A stretch of DNA of 63,447 nucleotides, filler included, from Octopus bimaculoides (GCF_001194135.2; 5 parts of 5 records of this genome joined end to end with filler, not necessarily neighbours in it), one strand, 5' to 3'; shown: positions 27,811 through 41,105, numbered from the whole stretch's first letter. Numbers and translations: made by a program. Notes: generated from the letters alone by a model not told the origin.

Positions 27811-30037
27811 AGGTAGAGGCAGAGGGATAGAAGAGAGAGAGGTAGAGGCAGAGNNNNNNNNNNGGGGAGAGAAGAGAGAGAGGTAGAGGCAGAGGGATAG
27901 AAGAGAGAGAGGTAGAGGCAGAGGATTAGAAGAATTAAGGAGGAGCGAGAAAAAATAAAAGAGACACGGTGAAGTGAAAGAGGAGGGAAAGTGAGCATGA
28001 AGAGAAGGCCAGGAAATCCCAAATTTTATTTAATTTGCTTTGCGGGAAGGAATGTTTTAACGAAGTCGCTTCTTGTCCCTACCTTCAAAACGCGGAGTAG
28101 ATAAAACAGGAGACATTTGATTTAGGGAATGTTCTTTATGTTGCCTGTCTCGTTTCTCTGTTTGTTGGTTTCTTTCGTTGTTCTAAAAAAAGTTCGTATT
28201 CTATGTTTTTGTTTTTTATGTTCTCGATTCTCATTTTGTCTACGTTTTCTTGATGTCCTGTACCTATATATGCATGTATATATACATATATATGTAGGTA
28301 TGTACATATATGTATTTATATATNNNNNNNNNNNNNNNNNNNNNNNNNNNNNNNNNNNNNNNNNNNNNNNNNNNNNNNNNNNNNNNNNNNNNNNNNNNNN
28401 NNNNNNNNNNNNNNNNNNNNNNNNNNNNNNNNNNNNNNNNNNNNNNNNNNNNNNNNNNNNNNNNNNNNNNNNNNNNNNNNNNNNNNNNNNNNNNNNNNNN
28501 NNNNNNNNNNNNNNNNNNNNNNNNNNNNNNNNNNNNNNNNNNNNNNNNNNNNNNNNNNNNNNNNNNNNNNNNNNNNNNNNNNNNNNNNNNNNNNNNNNNN
28601 NNNNNNNNNNNNNNNNNNNNNNNNNNNNNNNNNNNNNNNNNNNNNNNNNNNNNNNNNNNNNNNNNNNNNNNNNNNNNNNNNNNNNNNNNNNNNNNNNNNN
28701 NNNNNNNNNNNNNNNNNNNNNNNNNNNNNNNNNNNNNNNNNNNNNNNNNNNNNNNNNNNNNNNNNNNNNNNNNNNNNNNNNNNNNNNNNNNNNNNNNNNN
28801 NNNNNNNNNNNNNNNATTTATATTTTTATATATGACGTTGACCACTAACGTGGACATTTAATGTGCTAGAAATAGATCACATCTTGTGTCTAAAAAGACC
28901 TAAATTGTTCTCAACATGAAATATAGCGTGATACCAAAATGTAAGCGGGCAAGACGTTTAAAATCACCGAAAAGGAACATTCTTAAACAGGGACCGGTTT
29001 CAAATTTAACAATCTTACCGACTGTCTATTTCTCTTCAGCCTGATTTGTAATGGAACCATAATCATCAGAACCCCATACAAAGTTGCCCACCGCCATAGG
29101 TGCGCGTGTATATGGTTCTGGTAATTACAGCTTAATGGTAAAATTCAAAAGTCTTCGTTTTGGCGCGCTAATTCCAGGAATATGTCTGCAGAGAATATTT
29201 ACTGCGTCGCATATATGATTTTTTGCCATATTTTTAATAATTATATATATTTATAGATAGATATATGCATAAACATTCATTCACAGACAGACCGACAGAC
29301 ACACACACACACACGCACGCACACATATAATGTCAAAGAGAAGACATAATATATATGCAATAATCAATCACCAACGAGTTATACAGTATGTAAAGCTACG
29401 TATTTGTATACTCCGGCTAAAATTCCTCTGTTCCTACCAACAACAAATTAATGAGAAAATACAGGTTATATTGATGAACATTTATACAACATTCTTGTAA
29501 ATGTTATATGATCGACAGAACTGAAGTAGGAAGGTAGGAAGTGAACGCCAGTGTATATATGCTGGGATCTTCTTTAATCGATGCTTTCATTGCGGTTCTA
29601 TTTGATGTTGATCACACCGACATTTACCCACACATTTAGAAATTATAGGTTAATCGTTAAAACGCACATTTTTTCTACAGCTGAAATGAGTATTTTTGCA
29701 TCGATATATATATATATATATANNNNNNNNNNNNNNNNNNNNNNNNNNNNNNNNNNNNNNNNNNNNNNNNNNNNNNNNNNNNNNNNNNNNNNNNNNNNNN
29801 NNNNNNNNNNNNNNNNNNNNNNNNNNNNNNNNNNNNNNNNNNNNNNNNNNNNNNNNNNNNNNNNNNNNNNNNNNNNNNNNNNNNNNNNNNNNNNNNNNNN
29901 NNNNNNNNNNNNNNNNNNNNNNNNNNNNNNNNNNNNNNNNNNNNNNNNNNNNNNNNNNNNNNNNNNNNNNNNNNNNNNNNNNNNNNNNNNNNNNNNNNNN
30001 NNNNNNNNNNNNNNNNNNNNNNNNNNNNNNNNNNNNN

Positions 30038-30082
<45 letters not shown>

Positions 30083-30254
30083 CACATAATGCAATAGAAA
30101 TACTCCATCCGCACAAAAGAGAGAGAGCATAAAAAAGTTCGATAGAAAGTATAATTAGAGAAAACGTGGGGTGTAAGAATACATAATTATGGGAAATATA
30201 GGACATATATATACATATATATATATATATATCATTAATAACGACTTCAAATTT

Positions 30255-30460
30255 TAGTACAAAGCCAGCAATTTCGGGGGTGGGGTTGGTAAGTTGATTA
30301 CATCGGCCCCAGTGATCAACCGGTACATTTTTTTATCGACCTCCAAAGGAGGAAAGTTAAAGTCGACCTCAGCGGAATTTAAACTCATAACGTAAAGAGG
30401 GACGCAATGCACCTAAGAATTTTGCCCGGTGTGTTAACAATTCTATAAGATTGCCGCCTT
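30255..30460 (-). mobile_element. Meta-like SINE
   Basis: Matches 1185-1411. Confidence 0.8.
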
Positions 30461-30801
30461 ATATAATACCATTAGTAATAAGACAAGGAATATAGCACTT
30501 GTATTAAATAGTTGATACCAGGCTATAAACACTAATCAAACATGCTTTATCATACTCAACGATCACACAAAATGAAAGTTTCAAGTTGAATGCTTATTTT
30601 AAAGTAATTCACACCACCAAATCCGAGATAAGGCTAAACAGTATGAAAATATCAGCAAAATTAACGATATTGTAAGAGTAGCAATTTAGGTTCAGCAATA
30701 GAAAAAACAGAAGAGCCATGCAATCAAATACAGTTTCAACTACATTAGTGCTAAGAACAGACACAATTATATTTATTGAATTTTACCTCTCCATATCTAA
30801 G

Positions 30802-30917
30802 ACACTCCTGCAGCGTTGAAATTCACAGAGATCTGTGACGCCATAGAAGAAAGAGACACTGAAAATATACTCCAAGCCAGAAAAAATATCACTCTTCAGC
30901 TTGATGACTCTATCAGG
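30802..30917 (+). CDS. Candidate exon (TPAALKFTEICDAIEERDTENILQARKNITLQLDDSIR); strand ambiguous
   Basis: Protein-like composition with TTTTACCTCTCCATATCTAAG acceptor and AGG|GTAAAA donor. The antisense frame is also open and has splice-like sites. Confidence 0.3.
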
Positions 30918-31214
30918 GTAAAAAAAAAGTCAACCCAGAGGGTGTTCTTGATTGTAGCCAGTACGATAGCACAGAATTATGCTATCTTATAGGTCTGTAC
31001 ATTTTAGATATTTATTAGTGGGCAAGACAGCCGGAGCTATACAAAAAGACATAAATGGACACATACTAGATAAATTTAGGGAAAACTTAACACAAACAAA
31101 TAATACAATGTATATATATATATATATATATATATGATGTCATTTGTGTGAACAAGACACTAGAACGCAAGGCAGAGTACTGTTACATCCCAAACTTTAA
31201 AAAAGCTAATATAT

Positions 31215-31402
31215 TTATATTAAGAGATGAAGAATTATGTACATTATTTACATTATTTACAATTGACGGATATTTGTCTTCATCTCGTTTGTTGTTAGCA
31301 CAACGTCTCGGCTGATATACTTTCCAGCCTTCATCAGGTGTCTTGGGGGAAATTTCGAACCTGGGTTCTCATTCCTAAGGTATTTTTCGATGTTGTTGTT
31401 GC

Positions 31403-31433
<31 letters not shown>

Positions 31434-31528
31434 ATCACTGCCTGGAATCGAACTCGGAATCTTGGGGTTTGTAGCCCGCGCTCTTAACCACTACGCCATA
31501 TGCCCGTGAGCATATGGCGTAGTGGTTA
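31215..31528 (-). mobile_element. Composite element: foldback hairpin + tRNA-like head + (AAT)n + hammerhead-bearing tail
   Basis: A-box TGGCGTAGTGG at 31488-31498, B-box GAGTTCGATTCC at 31444-31455, 19-bp inverted repeat 31485-31528, hammerhead at 31297-31342. Confidence 0.65.
31297..31342 (-). ncRNA. Minimal type I hammerhead with a GAAA>GAGA core mutation
   Basis: GACAC-CTGATGA-A-GGCTG..CAGCC-GAG-ACGT-T-GTG. Confidence 0.6.
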
Positions 31529-31814
31529 TGTTATAATTACAGCTGAAAGACAGGAGAAAACGCAAAACAGAATATTTAACACACTTTCGTATTATGAGAC
31601 TTTGTTAAAAATGCATTTTGATGTGCAGAACCTTTGTTCCTCTTTTCATTTACCTGGTCTGAAGGAAGAGACAGTGCCTAAGGTCATCACAGATCTTCCC
31701 AAACAGGTGAGACGAATACCATTAACGTTTCTCTCAAACCTTTAGCGCCCTTGTACTTACCCGCAGGAAAGACAACAACAAGGAGGGAACTTCAGACGGA
31801 GATTTCAAACATAC

Positions 31815-31862
31815 TTAGTTTAGCGATATGAATATATACACCGTCGTTATTACACCGATGAA
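31815..31862 (-). CDS. Candidate exon E (HRCNNDGVYIHIAKL)
   Basis: TTCATATTTCCTCACAG acceptor and AA|GTATGT donor; phase 1-1, compatible with exon D. Confidence 0.35.
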   Translation of the reverse strand, partial: FIGVITTVYIFISLN

Positions 31863-33378
31863 CTGTGAGGAAATATGAACTTGATATATTCGAGACATTT
31901 AGCTGTACCTATGACGAAATCATGTAGTATTTAACAGCCCTGTGCCCCTGTCATTAATATTCTGTCAAGGTTTTTCAATCATAGTCTTAGACTACATTAT
32001 CCAATGTATTTATCCATTTTTAAGATTGTAGCTTGCGAGTTAATGGAGATTTGATTGCTATTCCTATAAGATTGAGAGACTAAATAGATGCTTCTCCACT
32101 GATACATTGATGGTTCCTGTCAACACTCACATGTATCTTCATAGCTATTATCGAGATGGATTTTAGTATTGTCTTAATCTTATTGTTGTCGTGGTCGTCA
32201 TTGTTGTTGTTGTTGTTGTTGTTGCTGTATATGTTGTAATTATCATAGATATTCGCATAATTATTTTCTGTACACCAGAGATGTGCATTATCTTTCTACC
32301 TCTTTGGCACAGGGACGTTGGCTTACAATTATTATGGAAATCATCTCCTACTGTCACCCTGGTATCCAGGTTAAAAGGAATTTCTGCCGTGAATGCAGAA
32401 ACAAATACAATTGCCCTTAAATGTGGAATATCTATGTGTGTGTGTATGTGTGTGTATGTGTGTGTATGTGTGTGTGTATGTATATATATGTATTTATATG
32501 TGTTTATATACATATATATATATATATACATANNNNNNNNNNNNNNNNNNNNNNNNNNNNNNNNNNNNNNNNNNNNNNNNNNNNNNNNNNNNNNNNNNNN
32601 NNNNNNNNNNNNNNNNNNNNNNNNNNNNNNNNNNNNNNNNNNNNNNNNNNNNNNNNNNNNNNNNNNNNNNNNNNNNNNNNNNNNNNNNNNNNNNNNNNNN
32701 NNNNNNNNNNNNNNNNNNNNNNNNNNNNNNNNNNNNNNNNNNNNNNNNNNNNNNNNNNNNNNNNNNNNNNNNNNNNNNNNNNNNNNNNNNNNNNNNNNNN
32801 NNNNNNNNNNNNNNNNNNNNNNNNNNNNNNNNNNNNNNNNNNNNNNNNNNNNNNNNNNNNNNNNNNNNNNNNNNNNNNNNNNNNNNNNNNNNNNNNNNNN
32901 NNNNNNNNNNNNNNNNNNNNNNNNNNNNATATATATATATATATATAAATAAATACATATGTATATATATATATATGTACTCATATACGAAAAGTAAGAA
33001 TGTGTGTGTGTGTGTATGTGAAACGATTAAACTTTCTAATGTATCTCCTTACTCTCCAACTGCAATTAATCCACTTTCCTTGATATTATAGCAATAAAAT
33101 ATACACATCAAACATATAACTTTGGTTAGCGAAGACAATTATAGCAGTCAAACACATGGTGCTTTAAAATACTTTCTTCTTAGAGCGGTAAAAATAAGAG
33201 CAACATCAACAAAATATCATGAATAACAACAAAAAAACAATAGTAATATGGATGCAGAGATATTAGAGCAGAGGCTGAAAGACAAGTAAAAAGATGGGAG
33301 AGTAAGTAAAATAACTGGAAAGGGGAACGAAATGTGAATGGACACACACACACACACACGTACACACACACACACACG

Positions 33379-33439
<61 letters not shown>

Positions 33440-34617
33440 ATATATATGTATGTATGTATATATANNNNNNNNNNNNNNNNNNNNNNNNNNNNNNNNNNNN
33501 NNNNNNNNNNNNNNNNNNNNNNNNNNNNNNNNNNNNNNNNNNNNNNNNNNNNNNNNNNNNNNNNNNNNNNNNNNNNNNNNNNNNNNNNNNNNNNNNNNNN
33601 NNNNNNNNNNNNNNNNNNNNNNNNNNNNNNNNNNNNNNNNNNNNNNNNNNNNNNNNNNNNNNNNNNNNNNNNNNNNNNNNNNNNNNNNNNNNNNNNNNNN
33701 NNNNNNNNNNNNNNNNNNNNNNNNNNNNNNNNNNNNNNNNNNNNNNNNNNNNNNNNNNNNNNNNNNNNNNNNNNNNNNNNNNNNNNNNNNNNNNNNNNNN
33801 NNNNNNNNNNNNNNNNNNNNNNNNNNNNNNNNNNNNNNNNNNNNNNNNNNNNNNNNNNNNNNNNNNNNNNNNNNNNNNNNNNNNNNNNNNNNNNNNNNNN
33901 NNNNNNNNNNNNNNNNNNNNNNNNNNNNNNNNNNNNNNNNNNNNNNNNNNNNNNNNNNNNNNNNNNNNNNNNNNNNNNNNNNNNNNNNNNNNNNNNNNNN
34001 NNNNNNNNNNNNNNNNNNNNNNNNNNNNNNNNNNNNNNNNNNNNNNNNNNNNNNNNNNNNNNNNNNNNNNNNNNNNNNNNNNNNNNNNNNNNNNNNNNNN
34101 NNNNNNNNNNNNNNNNNNNNNNNNNNNNNNNNNNNNNNNNNNNNNNNNNNNNNNNNNNNNNNNNNNNNNNNNNNNNNNNNNNNNNNNNNNNNNNAAAAAA
34201 AAAAAAAAAAAAAAAAGAAAATGCGGCCGCATGTCAGATAGCTATGGGGTAACACAGATGAAAATGAAAATGTCCTATAGGACTGGAGACAAAAGAAGGA
34301 CAAATTGAATGGCAGAATGAAGGAAGAAGTAAAGTATTAGGGAGGGAAATGGAAAGAAAGAGAGAGGAAGGAAGGCCAATGACAGGCGAAAAAAGAGAAA
34401 GAGTCTAAAATAGGCGTCTTACAAAGAATATTCCAAGAATATTTTACATGTGAGTAAAAAAGTCAGGAGTGCGTAGCGTTACATAAATATTTTAAAAATT
34501 TAACTCAAGCACAACAAAGGGAAAATTTTACAAAAACATAAATTCATATTCGTACGTAAGTGTACGTGTGTGTATTAGAACACATACGATTATATCACCC
34601 GTAGATATGTGAAAATT

Positions 34618-34680
<63 letters not shown>

Positions 34681-35549
34681 AGTGAGTCGTCTAAGAGTCC
34701 CAACCTAATCCGCTGCCCCTTGTGTTTCATTATCTTTTTCACAGCAACCGCAAACCGAATGTGCCAATACACCTCAGACAATAGAGACCATTCGCCACAT
34801 TCCCTTCCATATCAGCTTACTCTGATGAGCATAAAGTTATATAATCGGATTATTACCTAATACACAGAAACTCATCTCGTAAAGAGGAAAACATTTAGTT
34901 TTAAATCCTGGTTAGGGCGATGTTACTAACTTTTTTAGCCCTAAAATATATATGCATATGCATATGCATATATTGCATGTTCGGAACTGTGTGTGTATGT
35001 GTGTGCATATATACATATACATNNNNNNNNNNATATGTATGTATGTATGTATATATACGTACACGCATACACGTTAATGCAGAAACATTCACATACATGC
35101 CTGTAAAGAAATAAAGATACACATATCCACACTCATCTAAATATGCGTTTCTTCAGAAATACCATGCGGATGATGGAATAATAAATGCCATACATATGTG
35201 TGCAATCCCATGTCATACCTGAATAATACAATTTAGATTCCTTCGCTGCAAATATGACGTGCATTTACATTTCGTTGACATAACACTACGATTTGCTTTT
35301 ATGAAGAATGTGTCGCTGGTGGCGGTGGGTGTATAGGCAAGCGTTTACCTAATTTGTTTGTTTGTGAGTATCTATCTATACGTCATGCGTTTTGTGAACA
35401 ATAGCGGTGTTTGTTATCAGTTGCCAACGGACCAATTGTTGGCTCGCTGTATTTCCGATGCCAAATGTAACATAAGTATACCAGAGTATGTCAAATTATT
35501 GACAATTTTCTCGCTCGGATATATATATATATATATAGACTGTCATACC

Positions 35550-35589
35550 GGCCATGACGAAGGGAAATAGCCCTGAAACTCGAGTCGCC
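35550..35589 (+). ncRNA. Minimal hammerhead variant (CAUGACGA core)
   Basis: GGC-CATGACGA-AGGG/CCCT-GAA-ACTCGAGT-C-GCC. Confidence 0.5.
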
Positions 35590-37051
35590 TTTATATATAT
35601 ATATTTATATTTATATATTTATATATTTGATCCTTTATATTGAACACTCAATATTTCATCTACATTCAATACTTTATTTCATGGTGCCATCCATTTCCAT
35701 TTTTATTTTATTTTATATTATATATTGTATATTATATTATATATTGTATATTCCATATTCTATACCCCACATTAGTTCTGCAGGAATATAAATAAAACAT
35801 AAAAAACAGACAGTGTTGGAACTCTTTTAAGCAAAATAATATATTCCTCTATACACAATCATACAAAAAAATCCACCTTTTTTTGTATTNNNNNNNNNNN
35901 NNNNNNNNNNNNNNNNNNNNNNNNNNNNNNNNNNNNNNNNNNNNNNNNNNNNNNNNNNNNNNNNNNNNNNNNNNNNNNNNNNNNNNNNNNNNNNNNNNNN
36001 NNNNNNNNNNNNNNNNNNNNNNNNNNNNNNNNNNNNNNNNNNNNNNNNNNNNNNNNNNNNNNNNNNNNNNNNNNNNNNNNNNNNNNNNNNNNNNNNNNNN
36101 NNNNNNNNNNNNNNNNNNNNNNNNNNNNNNNNNNNNNNNNNNNNNNNNNNNNNNNNNNNNNNNNNNNNNNNNNNNNNNNNNNNNNNNNNNNNNNNNNNNN
36201 NNNNNNNNNNNNNNNNNNNNNNNNNNNNNNNNNNNNNNNNNNNNNNNNNNNNNNNNNNNNNNNNNNNNNNNNNNNNNNNNNNNNNNNNNNNNNNNNNNNN
36301 NNNNNNNNNNNNNNNNNNNNNNNNNNNNNNNNNNNNNNNNNNNNNNNNNNNNNNNNNNNNNNNNNNNNNNNNNNNNNNNNNNNNNNNNNNNNNNNNNNNN
36401 NNNNNNNNNNNNNNNNNNNNNNNNNNNNNNNNNNNNNNNNNNNNNNNNNNNNNNNNNNNNNNNNNNNNNNNNNNNNNNNNNNNNNNNNNNNNNNNNNNNN
36501 NNNNNNNNNNNNNNNNNNNNNNNNNNNNNNNNNNNNNNNNNNNNNNNNNNNTATATATATATATATATATATATATATTATCTTATTGAATATATGAAAT
36601 ATTGAGTATTAAATATAAAGGCTAGTATATACGTTCATGCCTATTGTTATTCATCAACAGTCTGTTACAGTCTGTCAGAATTCTTTATACTGAAACTATT
36701 TTCGGCAATTTCCCTTGTCCCATCAGTTAAACCCGTTCGATTCTTCGACTTTTTCGGGACTTGTTTTTCTATGAGTATATATGTTTTCATCATCCAAGTT
36801 AATGGATGATTTAGTGATTCGCTGATGTGTATACATAAAATTAATATAAACCGCACATGGCAATGTTTCACCAAAAAGGAGAATTAAAATTGTCACCAAA
36901 TATCACTTGGATGTTAAGAAACTCCTACATTGCTAGAAATAAGAGCTAAAATATTCTAATGCTGTGGTTAACTCACATGAATGAAAACATATACACAAAC
37001 AATAATTGAATCGTTCCAAAAACGATGATCGAGAATTCTTAATATTGACGT

Positions 37052-37430
37052 CGTGGAGGCGCAATGGCCCAGTGGTTAGGGCAGCGGACTGGCGGTCATA
37101 GGATCGCCGTTTCGATTCCCAAGCGTTGTGAGTGTTTATTGAGCGAAAACACCTAAAGCTCCACGAGGCTCTGGCAGGGGATGGTGGCGAACCCTGCTGT
37201 ATTCTTTCACCACAACTTTCTCTCACTCTTACTTCCTATTTCTGTTGTGCCTGTAATTCAAAGGGTCAAACTTGTCACACTGTGTCATGCTGAATATCCC
37301 TGAGAACTACGTTAAGGGTACACGTGTCTGTGGAGTGCTCAGCCACTTGCACGTTAATTTCACGAGCAGGCTGTTCCGTTGATCGGATCAACTGGAACCC
37401 TCGAAGTCGTAAGCGACGGAATGCCAACAC
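37052..37430 (+). mobile_element. Long tRNA-derived SINE
   Basis: GTGGAGGCGCAATGGCCCAGTGG head and ..GACGGAATGCCAAC tail; reverse complement of 63100-63447. Confidence 0.85.
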
Positions 37431-37908
37431 ATACACAATATTGACGTCAGCTACGGCAATTTCCGTTGCCTCATTCTTCCGTTGCCTCGATTCTTCGGCT
37501 TTTTCCGGCCTTGCTTCTCTATTATGTGTTTTCTTCATCACACACAGAACACAATACACACACACACACGCCCACACACACACACACACACACAAATGTA
37601 CCATTCAATTGACCTTGCTGAAATCCCTCCTTCCTCTCACTCCCTTATATTTTCTTTCTTTCCCCCTTTTTACCTCTTAATCTAACATTCATTTATCCCT
37701 GGATTCATATACTCCTCTCATACTATGCTCTCATCACATTCCGATTGAATCTTCCATGCGCTAACATGTACATCCTTGCGTCAATGTAACTTTTAATTTA
37801 GTCAAGATATTCTTGGCCTGAATCGTAGCTGGCAGTATACACCTTGCTTGGATTTTTACCGCTTCTGAGATTCAGCCCGCAATGAAGCGTATGTAAGCCG
37901 GATCTTAC

Positions 37909-37967
37909 CTACTCCATTCTGTAACTCTTGTACTCTTATTCGCACACCCTGCAACCCCGGTCGCTTA
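37909..37967 (-). CDS. Candidate exon D (KRPGLQGVRIRVQELQNGV)
   Basis: TTTTTTTTATTCCACAG acceptor and TAG|GTAAGA donor; only the phase 2-1 frame is open, and it matches exon C. Confidence 0.55.
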
Positions 37968-38142
37968 CTGTGGAATAAAAAAAAATGTTTTAGCTTATCG
38001 TTCTTCGATACGAAAATAAATCCGCAACCTTCCGTATCAACAAACCACTATTTTCCCTGAAGGTTGCTTTTTTATACTTACTATGGATTGCTTGTAGCTA
38101 ACTTCCTTCCTACACCTCGGTCCCTGCATCTTACATTTATAT

Positions 38143-38175
<33 letters not shown>

Positions 38176-38188
38176 TACATATATAATG

Positions 38189-38555
38189 AAAAGGGTGTGT
38201 TATAATACTATTCCACATATACAAAACCAGCCATACCAGCAATCCATCATACCTCCATCATCAGCTGCCCCACGGATATCATTATGGTTTCGACACCTGG
38301 GCAGTACCATTCAATCCGGTGGTGTCAACAGCACTAAAAGAAGTGTTGTTTGGAAACAAACATACCAACGAAACCACAATTTTCAAACACATTTACCCTA
38401 TGTACAACATTATCGATAAATAAATTCAATAAGTAAATCAATAACTAACTCCTAAATATCTGACTAAATAGAAACCAAACTTTTAAGTCATACATTTTAT
38501 TCCTTATAGTCTTCCATAGTATAATATAAAAGTGAAAGCTTAATAACCACATTCA
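38189..38555 (+). repeat. Dispersed repeat, copy 1 (copy 2 at 42135-42490)
   Basis: Collinear direct match, e.g. CCATCATCAGCTGCCC..GGATATCATTATGG..ATTCAATCCGGTGGTGTCAA. Confidence 0.85.
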
Positions 38556-39060
38556 TTCACTCTAAATATAGGCATATATGTTAAATTATATGACGTCCAT
38601 CTTCTGTCGTCCATTTCGCGATTACTATTATTCATGTAGAACAGCTGCAATGGAGAAGGAAGTTGCGTGGGTGACGGGAATATTTTGAAAGCTAATTCCC
38701 TTGCTCCACTTAATACATGCCCTCAAGAATGAAAAAAGCAAGAATTGGCGTGTATTTGCGTATTTCACAGACACACGCCATTCACCAGTATTTAAGAACA
38801 ACTCAAGCACTCTTGCGATGATATATGTACTGTAGAAGAAATCATCAGTGAAATTTCATTGTGGTTTTGGCGAGTGCATTTCCTAGTACCACTATCTTTT
38901 CCTAAAATGAAAGATATGCAGAGCAAAGTTTGGTTCCTGGATAACTAGTGCTTCCTCCTAGGGCAAAAGAGTTGTCGAAATAAGGCCTTTTCATAGTTAC
39001 TTTATCCTGTGCGTGTGTATCCAAATGCACATGTATATTTATATACGTGTGTGTGTGTGT

Positions 39061-39121
<61 letters not shown>

Positions 39122-39124
39122 CAT

Positions 39125-41105
39125 ATATAGTTCAAATTTATAAAAACGAAAGACGAAGACAGCTGTAGGAACAACAAGGAAGTGTATTAGTTGGGGAAAT
39201 GGAAAAGTTTTTACGTTTGGAGCCTACGCTCTTCGAAAGAAAGGAATAAGAGGAAATAAATACAAATAATTTTAAAAAAATGTGTAGGGTTCAGTGGTCC
39301 AGCATGGCGAAAGATTGGAAAAAAGCGGTTGAATGAAAGGGAGATAATAATGGTAGTGGTGATCCCAACAAGCTAAGATGCGCATACATGAGTATGTATG
39401 CGAGAATGCTGTGTGCGTTTGTAAGTGTGTATGTTTGTATGGGGTGAGTAAGTTTGAAGTGTGTGTGTGTGCGTGTGCACGTGTGTAACGTGTGTGTGTG
39501 TGTTGTGTGTAGCAGTTGATGTGTGTACATGTGCATATGTGTGTCTCTGTGACAAGTGTGCTAGCTTATTGTGTTTATATGTGGGCGAAAGTTATCTTTG
39601 ACTATGTGTGTTACGTGTGTTCATGAGTGTAGCTGTATGTGTATATATTGTCTATGTTCAGATGTTAGGTGCTTGTGTCGGTTTGGCAGTGCGCATGATG
39701 GTGTGTGGTATGTGTACTGAGTTAAACAGTTTGTGGCTGCTCGCATCGTGGTATGTGTGATGACGCTATTGATGATGTGTATAGGTGCTGAGAAGTGGTC
39801 AGTGCTAATGTGTGTGAAGTGGGAAAGTGTGGTGGGTGTGTGTGCGTGTAATGGTGTGTGAAGTGAGTGGTGAGTTGAGCAGTGTGTTTGGATGTTTGTA
39901 TAGTGGTGCGTGTGGATGAGGGTACTGAGGTGGGCTGTATGCAGGTGAGTAGGTGGAGGGGTTAGTTGAATGTGGAAAGGGAGTCGGAATTCGTGTGGGG
40001 TAGGTGTCAAATGAAGATTTGAGGTGAGATTGGTGTCAGATCAAGAGAGGAGGTGAGTTGAACCCATGTGGCGCAAAGGAACGAAGAAAGAAGATTAATT
40101 CCTCTCCACGGCGAAGGCGAGAGTCTGGGTGGCTCCTGTGCAGATACAGTCCGAACACAGGTAGATGTAGTAGCGAGTGACCGGTAGAGAGGAAATGGCG
40201 CGTGAGTGGGGGTGTCATTGCGGAGTCTGATATCTCGGAGGCGCTCGGCGAAACGGTCAGCCAAGTGGTGTCCCGTTTGACCAATGTACAGGGAAGGACA
40301 GAGAGAGCAGAATATACTGTAAATGACATTACTAGAGGTGCAGATAAAGGAGTAGGTGACGTGATAGGGACGGTGATGGGTGCCTGTGAGGATGGTGGTA
40401 TTGGAGAGGTAGGGCTAAGTGTGACAGCGTGGGTAGGAGCAGAGGAAGGAGCCAGCCAGAGAGGTGGGGAGGGAAGAAAACTGTAGCCCAGGAAGTCATG
40501 CAGGTTATGGGTTCGTTCGAAGGAGGGAAGGGATAGGTTAAAGATGTGCGAGGTGGAGGGACGGAAGGCTCGGAAAATAGTGCGTTGGAGGAGTTGGTGG
40601 GGTGGTAGGTGACGAGGAAACGGGAGAGGGTAAGGGTGGGGCAGGTGCGAGGAGAAAGAGTGGAGGCACAGCCCACAGATCGCGCTCGGACAAGGGCAGT
40701 GTGGATAATGGTGAGGCGATAACCACATAGGATGAAGTGCCGAGCCATGAGTTGAGAATGAGTCTCAAAGCCATGGTCATCGCTGTAGAGCCTGCGTAGA
40801 CGGAGGAATTGGGAATAGGGGATGGAGTGCTTGGTGTGGGTACGGTAGGAGAAGCTAAGGTAGGAGTGTTAGTCAGTTTGTTTGTAGTGGATGGAAGTAG
40901 TGGGAGCGAAGTTGTGTATGCTGACAGAAATGTCGAGAAATTCGACGGAAGAGTTAGAGATAGTACAGGAGAATTTGAGGGCAGGACAAAGGAGAAGAAG
41001 GAGTTCAGTTGTTCGCGGGAGAATGCTGTCGCGCCGATATAATCATCTATATAACGACCGTATAGTTCGGGAGTTGGATCAGTGAATTGTGAGAATATTT
41101 TGGGC
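39125..41105 (-). mobile_element. 5'-truncated Penelope-like retroelement (RT C-half + GIY-YIG endonuclease, frameshifted) with a CA-rich 3' region ending in a hammerhead-like terminus
   Basis: Translates to YGRYIDDYIG, EFLDISVSI, HSIPYSQFLRLRR, NVIYSIFCSLCPSLYIGQTG..LADRFAE, HFLSTGHS and ELIFFLRSFAPHGFN across frames. Confidence 0.88.
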
